Shown here one piece after another: positions 62,239 to 64,000 of a stretch of DNA of 64,000 nt; position 1 is the stretch's first letter, and each line of letters begins with the position of its first letter. The notes beneath the pieces were generated by a model. The model saw only the letters and a list, made by a program, of their open reading frames with translations, ran no database searches and had not been told where the DNA came from. The DNA is from Treponemataceae bacterium (GTDB lineage Bacteria > Spirochaetota > Spirochaetia > Treponematales > Rectinemataceae), in the NCBI GenBank assembly GCA_963667725.2, contig CAXXHO010000003.1:1600001-1664000 (forward strand), written 5' to 3'. A program made the translations under genes and the position numbers.

Positions 62239-63177
62239 TCACTTTGCGCGTCCGGCGCCCCGCTTTAGCAGCATCGAATTGATCGCCAAGCCGGCGAGGA
62301 GAAGCAGCGTGCCTAGGAGCTTGCGCAGTTCCAGATTTCCCGCTTTGGAGTAATCGATGAGAATGCCGGCGAGGGCCTGGCCGGAAAAAACGAGCAGGGT
62401 GGCGGAAAAAGCCTTTATCCGCGGAAAAATGAGATTCATCGATGTCACGACCACGACTCCCATAGTGCCGCCCCCGAGGGCGAGAAAGGGGCCGGCGGCC
62501 TTCACGGAACGCAGCGAGCCGCCGATATCGGGCCTCGCCGCGGCCACGATGGCCAAGGTCGTCGCGAGACCGACGATATAGTTGGTGCGCGTGCTCCGCA
62601 GAACGCCGATTTTACGGCCAAGCTCGGAGTTGAGGGTGAAGGAGAGCGCTGGTATCGCTCCCGACACGAGAGCCGCCATCATCGCGAGAATGTCGGCGCG
62701 CCAGCGTCCGCCCGCCATCACCATCACGCCGGAAAGCGCCAATGCCAACCCGGGCAGGCTGCGGAGGCTCAAGGGATATTTTTTTCGGCCAAGGAATCCC
62801 GCGGCGTCTATCGCGACAGAACAGAGGGTCTGGCCGAGAAGAGCGAGCGCGACCGCCAGGGACGCGCCGAGAACGCCGAACGCGTAGTTGTTGGAAAACA
62901 CCGTACCGACGCCGATAAACCCTCCGAGATAATTGTAGAAGGGAAGACGGTCCGGCAGTTTCGGCAGATCCGACTGCCCTGGCAGCCTCGGCAGTCCCGC
63001 CCGCCGAACCCTCCGCGGTTCACGCCTTGCCAGAAGGACGATGGAAACCGCGACAAGTCCCGCTACATGTATGGCAAGCGCCGCCACCAAATTACCGGTG
63101 ATCGCGGAAAGACGGCTGTTCAGACCGTTCATGATCGTGATGAGAGCGCCGACGAAAGGCGCTAGCGCGCTGTACAT
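62239..63177 (-). CDS. DMT family transporter (YdcZ-like, two repeats)
   Basis: NSRL, YLGG and GQ...ID motifs repeated. Confidence 0.8.
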   Translation of the reverse strand: MYSALAPFVGALITIMNGLNSRLSAITGNLVAALAIHVAGLVAVSIVLLARREPRRVRRAGLPRLPGQSDLPKLPDRLPFYNYLGGFIGVGTVFSNNYAFGVLGASLAVALALLGQTLCSVAIDAAGFLGRKKYPLSLRSLPGLALALSGVMVMAGGRWRADILAMMAALVSGAIPALSFTLNSELGRKIGVLRSTRTNYIVGLATTLAIVAAARPDIGGSLRSVKAAGPFLALGGGTMGVVVVTSMNLIFPRIKAFSATLLVFSGQALAGILIDYSKAGNLELRKLLGTLLLLAGLAINSMLLKRGAGRAK

Positions 63178-63269
63178 ATGCTGTGCTCCTTTTCCATACC
63201 TCTAGTATCCCACTATACTTGAGACAGCAATAGGACATATGTCCTATAATCGAAAAAAAGGGGCACAAA

Positions 63270-63971
63270 GTGGAAATAGTGGAGAACTACGCGCGGCGGT
63301 ACTCTCTCGACAGGCTTCTCTCCGCCGATCTCGTCGAGGCATTGTTTCCGCTTCAGCGAAAGCCGGGCGAATACATCATTGTGGCCGGCGATCCGGTGCG
63401 CGATCTCCTGTTCTTCGTGGAAGGCAGGAGCAAGGCCTACAACACCTTGGACAACGGCGCGAGCATTCTTGCCGCTTTCTACGCGCCCTTCGATGTCTTC
63501 GGCGAAGCCGAGCTCTTTTCATCGGAGCGCTACGCGCTGAGCGTGGAGGCCATCTCGGAAACGGTCTGTCTCGGGCTCCCGATCGCGGCCATCAAAAAAG
63601 CCGCCGGGCGCAATGAACAGCTATTCATGTACCTCTGCGGCAGGCTGGGCGCAAAGCTCCTGGACCGCAACCTCGCCGAATCGATAAATTTGCGTTATCC
63701 GGTGGAAAGCCGTCTGGCCAGCTACCTCCTCGCCTCGACGGACTCAGAGGGTCGCATCCTCGGAACGGACAATCTCGGGGAACTTGCCGATTATCTCGGG
63801 GCCAGCTACCGTCAGCTCGCGCGGATCGTGCGCCGGTTCCGGGACGAGGGCGTCATGGAGACGGCGAGAGGCCGAATCAGGGTCCTGGACAGGACGAGAC
63901 TCGAGCCTCTCGCCGGCGATTTGTACAGGCACACGGGCAGCCGCCTCTCCCCTCAGGCCTTCCTCAAATGA
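63270..63971 (+). CDS. Crp/Fnr family transcriptional regulator
   Basis: cNMP-binding FGEAE; C-terminal HTH LADYLGASYRQL.R. Confidence 0.88.
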   Translation: MEIVENYARRYSLDRLLSADLVEALFPLQRKPGEYIIVAGDPVRDLLFFVEGRSKAYNTLDNGASILAAFYAPFDVFGEAELFSSERYALSVEAISETVCLGLPIAAIKKAAGRNEQLFMYLCGRLGAKLLDRNLAESINLRYPVESRLASYLLASTDSEGRILGTDNLGELADYLGASYRQLARIVRRFRDEGVMETARGRIRVLDRTRLEPLAGDLYRHTGSRLSPQAFLK

Positions 63972-64000
63972 CCGTCTCGCCGTCGGGGAAGGCCCGGGCT

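Overview
Bacterial chromosome segment, probably from a spirochaete (inferred from the fused PyrBI and gene style). GC-rich housekeeping genes fill 1-16.4 kb and 56.2-64 kb. Between them is a ~39.8 kb integrative, prophage-like element inserted in tRNA-Pro(CGG) and bounded by a 44-bp direct repeat (16332-16375 / 56110-56153). The element carries: a tyrosine integrase; an IS1595 (IS1016-like) element; an AT-rich locus resembling a circular bacteriocin cluster; a CI/Cro-like switch with three evenly spaced operators; two tRNA-like elements; a phage early/replication operon; and two AT-rich integron-type cassette arrays (about 14 attC sites), each headed by a homologous attI/promoter-like platform but with no intI gene in the window. 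No capsid, terminase or tail genes were recognised. The most striking feature is a standalone RAMP/Cas7-like gene (32341-32943) followed directly by a non-coding GGY-NN pentamer array (32965-33019) and a hairpin. This is a candidate non-CRISPR, RNA-guided system. All calls were made by eye from sequence motifs; no database searches were run.
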